Below, piece after piece: positions 61,911 to 64,000 of a DNA stretch of 64,000 nucleotides. Both the position numbers and the translations under genes were made by a program. The DNA comes from Candidatus Binatia bacterium (GTDB lineage Bacteria; Desulfobacterota; Binatia; UBA9968; JAJDTQ01), in NCBI GenBank assembly GCA_963666515.2, contig OY762897.2, forward strand, positions 2,208,001 to 2,272,000, read 5' to 3'. Every line of letters starts with the position of its first letter. The stretch's first letter is position 1. The notes under the pieces were generated by a model. That model was not told the DNA's origin and ran no database searches. It saw only the letters and a list, made by a program, of their open reading frames with translations.

Positions 61911-61950
61911 GTCCTTCGACTTGGCTTCGCGAAGCCTGTCCTGAGCCCGA
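61911..61950. repeat. Degenerate family B repeat
   Basis: GTCCTTCGACTTGGCTTCGCGAAGCCTGTCCTGAGCC shares both the arm and the nested CCTGTCCTGAGCC with 11182-11220. Confidence 0.7.
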
Positions 61951-61976
61951 CGCCGACACAACCAAGGAGAACTTCC

Positions 61977-63368
61977 ATGCTCGACGTGCTGATTTCCAAC
62001 GCCGACATCATCACCGCCGACCACCGCTACCAGGGTTCGGTGGGCATCCAGAACGGCTCCATCGCCGGGATCTACGCGCCCGGCGCCACGCCCGAGGCCG
62101 CCGAGGTGGTGGACGCCACCAACCTGGGGCTCATCCCCGGCGCGGTGGACATGCATTCACACCACCGCGAGGGCGGCGAGCCGGGCGGCTACGACTACAA
62201 GGAGAACATCCACACGGCCACCATGCAGTGCGCCGCGGGCGGCGTCACCACCTCGGTGGCCATGCCCAACGTGACGCCGCCGCCCAACACGGTGCCGCGC
62301 CTGGAACAGTTGTTCTCGGTCTACGAGCGCGAGTCGATCATCGACTTCAACGTAAACCCGGCCGGCGTCATCCCGGAGGAGATCCCCAAGCTGGCCAAGA
62401 TGGGCATCGGCGCATTCAAGGTGTTCATGGTGGTGGACACGGGGCGGGACTACCCGCACATGCCGGGCATCGGCGTTCACGACCACGGCAAGATCATGGA
62501 GATCATGGAGGCGTGCGCCGCGGCCAACGTGCCGCTCATGGTCCATCCCCACGACCAGCCTCTCATGGACTACATCGAGAAGAAGTACTGGGACCGGGGC
62601 GAGCGCGACTGCCTGGCCTACGCCAAGGCCTATGCCGAGCACGACGGGGTGATCTGGGAGACCGCCATCCAGTTCCTCATCCGCTTGCAGGCGGCCACCG
62701 GCGTGCACCTGCACGTGCTGCACGTCCAGACCGCGGGCACCGTGGAGATGATCCGCCGGGCCAAGGACAATGGCCAGCGAGTGACCGCCGAAGTCAACCC
62801 CTGGGCGATCTTCCTGGGATCGGACTGGAGCGAGATCGAGCGGCTGGGCTCGTACGCGCTCTCCTACTGGATACCCGAAAAGAACTCGCCGACCCTGTGG
62901 GAGGGTCTGTGCGACGGCACCATCGACATCGTCGCCACCGACCACGCGCCACACACGCGCGAGGAGAAGGAGATCGGCTGGGAGGACGGCTGGAAGGCCC
63001 ACACCGGGACGCCGTCCGCGCAGTACTACATGAGCCTGCTCATGGACGCCGTCTCCAAGGGCAAGATCCCGCTGAACCGCATGGTGGAGGCCACTTCCAC
63101 CCTGCCCGCGCGCATTTTCGGCGTGCACAACAAGGGCCGCATCGAGGTAGGCTACGACGCCGACCTGGTGCTCGTGGACCTGAACGCCGAGAAGGAGATC
63201 CGCGACGAGGACGTGCTGAGCCTCATCGGCTGGTCCCCCTACGCCGGGCGCACGCTCAAGGGCTGGCCCGTGCGCACGTTCGTGCGCGGGACCACGGTGT
63301 ACCGAGACGGCAAGGTGGTGGGAAAGAAGGGCCACGGCCGGCAGGCGAAGGCCACGTACCCCGGTTAG
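61977..63368 (+). CDS. Dihydroorotase/allantoinase-family cyclic amidohydrolase
   Basis: PGAVDMHSH, AGGVTT..MPN..PP, FKVFM, ATDHAPH, GYDADLV. Confidence 0.9.
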   Translation: MLDVLISNADIITADHRYQGSVGIQNGSIAGIYAPGATPEAAEVVDATNLGLIPGAVDMHSHHREGGEPGGYDYKENIHTATMQCAAGGVTTSVAMPNVTPPPNTVPRLEQLFSVYERESIIDFNVNPAGVIPEEIPKLAKMGIGAFKVFMVVDTGRDYPHMPGIGVHDHGKIMEIMEACAAANVPLMVHPHDQPLMDYIEKKYWDRGERDCLAYAKAYAEHDGVIWETAIQFLIRLQAATGVHLHVLHVQTAGTVEMIRRAKDNGQRVTAEVNPWAIFLGSDWSEIERLGSYALSYWIPEKNSPTLWEGLCDGTIDIVATDHAPHTREEKEIGWEDGWKAHTGTPSAQYYMSLLMDAVSKGKIPLNRMVEATSTLPARIFGVHNKGRIEVGYDADLVLVDLNAEKEIRDEDVLSLIGWSPYAGRTLKGWPVRTFVRGTTVYRDGKVVGKKGHGRQAKATYPG

Positions 63369-63437
63369 GGCGACCACGGGTCGCCCCTGCGTGGGGTTCA
63401 TCGCTGGGCAGTGTAGGGGCGACCCGCGGTCGCCCCT
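63367..63437. repeat. GTAG-type REP doublet (REPIN-like)
   Basis: AGGGCGACCACGGGTCGCCCCT-spacer-GTAGGGGCGACCCGCGGTCGCCCCT. Confidence 0.82.
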
Positions 63438-63457
63438 GACCGCCATGCTCCCGCGAG

Positions 63458-64000
63458 TTACGCGATGAAGACCCGGCCGCCGTCGACGTTGATCACCTGC
63501 CCGCTGATCATGTCGCTGTCGTCCGAGGCCAGGAAGACCACGACGCCGTCCAAGTCCTCCGGCAAGAGGTGGCGCTCGATGCAGCGTTGCCGCAGCATGT
63601 GCTCGGACGGCGTCTCCGGCGCCTCCCGGACCTGTGAGGTGTCCACCCCTCCCGGCGCAATCGCGTTGACGTTGATGTTGAACGGGCCCAAGTCCGTGGC
63701 CAGCGAGCGGGTCAGGCCGATCACCCCCATCTTGGACGATGCGTACTGATGGCTCAGGGTGCGGCCGTGGAGCGCCACGCTGGAGCTGATGTTGATGATC
63801 TTGCCCTTGCTCGACCGCTTCATGTAGGGCACCACCGCGCGGGCGGCGAGAAACGTCCCGGTAAGGTTGACCGCGATGATCCGGTGCCAGTCCGCCACGT
63901 CGGTCTCCTCGACGGGGACCCGCGGCGTGTTGCGCACGATGCCGGCGTTGTTCACCAGGATGTCGATGCTGCCGAAGTGATCGAAGGCTTTCTTCGCTCC
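63458..64000 (-). CDS. SDR family oxidoreductase (3' part; starts beyond the right edge)
   Basis: NNAG, INISS, YASSK, NAIAPG, NVDGG. Confidence 0.92.
   Translation of the reverse strand, partial: GAKKAFDHFGSIDILVNNAGIVRNTPRVPVEETDVADWHRIIAVNLTGTFLAARAVVPYMKRSSKGKIINISSSVALHGRTLSHQYASSKMGVIGLTRSLATDLGPFNINVNAIAPGGVDTSQVREAPETPSEHMLRQRCIERHLLPEDLDGVVVFLASDDSDMISGQVINVDGGRVFIA

Overview
High-GC bacterial window, densely coding, about 60 genes. The gene content (many amidohydrolases, TTT and ABC transporters, Uma2 and AAA-PD-(D/E)XK genes, short palindromic repeats) suggests a deltaproteobacteria-like environmental or symbiont genome, but this is inference only. Housekeeping core: a ZMP/ZTP-riboswitch-led class V aminotransferase-serA-purA cluster, ggt, a UvrD/PcrA helicase, acetoacetate-CoA ligase, thrH and a dihydroorotase-family enzyme. 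Aromatic catabolism genes are dispersed: tandem hydroxycinnamoyl-CoA hydratase/lyase paralogs with TctCAB and an ADP-forming CoA ligase, a CouO-like hydrolase, and an atypical LigB/LigA pair. Most notable items: (1) an orphan cofactor-maturation operon joining CoxD/CoxE/XdhC with an archaeal-type CTP-dependent riboflavin kinase, UbiX and two FMN split-barrel proteins; (2) a 3.8 kb integrase-free block (AAA-PD-(D/E)XK; ABC-ATPase plus PIN nuclease) bracketed by a diverged 64-bp duplication of a host gene's 3' end; (3) an XRE-HTH-SNF2 helicase fusion at the left edge that the ORF track missed. I recognised no rRNA, tRNA, CRISPR array, integrase or transposase. All calls come from reading motifs by eye; no searches were run.
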